A program made the translations under genes and the position numbers. From positions 1,908 through 65,907 of the forward strand of contig CAJUNZ010000003.1 in NCBI GenBank assembly GCA_910587755.1: DNA of 64,000 bases, in the 5' to 3' direction. Shown in pieces: positions 63,079 through 64,000 of this stretch (the first letter of the stretch is position 1; each line of letters starts with the position of its first letter). Below the pieces are notes generated by a model. That model was given only the letters and a program-made list of their open reading frames with translations. It searched no databases and was not told the DNA's origin. Origin of the DNA: an uncultured Acetatifactor sp. (GTDB lineage: Bacteria; Bacillota; Clostridia; Lachnospirales; Lachnospiraceae).

Positions 63079-63825
63079 TTATGCCAGTACGGCACAGACG
63101 GGATAATGGTCTGACAGGAACACCCCATCCTTTTCCTCCGTCCACTTTTCCCTGCTCTCACAGACAAAGCCCTTTACATAAATATAGTCGATAAACACCG
63201 GAGGATTCGCCTGTCCATAGCCGTGGTAGGTGGCTCCCAGCCCCTCCGCCACATTGACATAGGGGGTTCCCTTCATCACTGCCATCTCCGGGCTGTCCGG
63301 CTCTGCGTTCATATCCCCTGTGATCACCACGGGCACTCCCGGGAAAAACTCCACCTTCTCCAGCCTGTCCATAATCTGCAGAAGCCCCCGCCTTCTGGCC
63401 TCCGGACCTTCGTGGTCCAGATGAGTGTTCACCACCCGGAAGACACGCTTTGTGGCATACTCTTCAAATACCGCCTCCGTGTATGTCCTGGGACAGATGC
63501 TCTGGTCGGGATACCGGGTGGCGGGGACAAAAGGGGTCTCCGACAGCCAGTGGGTCTCCATCCACATGAGATTGATGCCGGACTTTCGGTAGGCGATGGT
63601 GGTCTGTTCATCTTCCAGAGTCTCGCTGCGGCCGCAGCCTATCACATAATACTCTGTCAACGCCTCCTTCAGCCAGACCGCCACATGGGGGAGCACCTCC
63701 TGAAAGCAGATAATGTCCGGCGCCTCTCTGCGCAGTTTCTCCAGAATCAGCGGCTTGCGGAAACAGAAATTGTTGCCGCCGTCCTGGCCAAAGTCACATC
63801 GAATGTTAAATGTCACGATTTTCAT
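63079..63825 (-). CDS. Endonuclease/exonuclease/phosphatase family protein
   Basis: TFNIR, FQE, NTHLD, GDMN, IDYI, SDHYPV. Confidence 0.94.
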   Translation of the reverse strand: MKIVTFNIRCDFGQDGGNNFCFRKPLILEKLRREAPDIICFQEVLPHVAVWLKEALTEYYVIGCGRSETLEDEQTTIAYRKSGINLMWMETHWLSETPFVPATRYPDQSICPRTYTEAVFEEYATKRVFRVVNTHLDHEGPEARRRGLLQIMDRLEKVEFFPGVPVVITGDMNAEPDSPEMAVMKGTPYVNVAEGLGATYHGYGQANPPVFIDYIYVKGFVCESREKWTEEKDGVFLSDHYPVCAVLA

Positions 63826-63968
63826 ATATGTTCCTCCCCTGGGCGCCTTGACGCGCATATTGATAGTAATTTGAAAGTTTCCTTTCAAACCTGCAGCTCC
63901 CTGCGGACTCCATTATATCCCATGAAGGACTGATGGGCAAGAACATCTTCCTCTTAGAAGAACCATCC

Positions 63969-63996
63969 AGGCCCTGGAGCCCGCACTCCAGGGCCT
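63969..63996. terminator. Strong GC hairpin
   Basis: AGGCCCTGGAG-N6-CTCCAGGGCCT, 11-bp stem. Confidence 0.55.
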
Positions 63997-64000
63997 TTCC

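Overview
Chromosomal window from a spore-forming Clostridia genome, Lachnospiraceae-like by inference from gene content and order. From about 15.9 kb onward it is mostly housekeeping: spoVT, a ten-gene Mrp/Mnh-type antiporter operon, mfd-pth-spoVG-glgDC, murC, dnaD/dnaC-like, prs, the atp operon, upp, rpiB, sua5 and iorAB. The first 7.5 kb is the interesting part. A ~425-bp segment (1722-2176) is bounded by two inverted 11-7-11 palindromic sites (26-bp perfect inverted repeat, asymmetric 7-bp spacer) that look like tyrosine-recombinase crossover sites. It contains a perfect TTGACA-17-TATAAT promoter and three arm-type-like TTGAC-N7-TTGAC repeats. As assembled, the promoter fires into a ribulose-phosphate-epimerase-family gene beside a CDP-polyol surface-glycan cluster. 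If flipped, it would fire into a 441-aa TnpB/Cas12f-like protein with all three RuvC catalytic residues replaced (TldR-like), followed by a candidate guide-RNA region sharing an 11-nt word with the switch. The inferred system is a phase-variable, RNA-guided nuclease-dead regulator expressed alternately with a glycan-precursor enzyme. No recombinase is encoded in the window. Other oddities: a candidate ncRNA, a duplicated 118-bp hairpin inside the mrp operon, a DnaA-box cluster before dnaD, and an internally deleted AAA/PD-(D/E)XK gene. All calls come from reading sequence and motifs; no searches were run.
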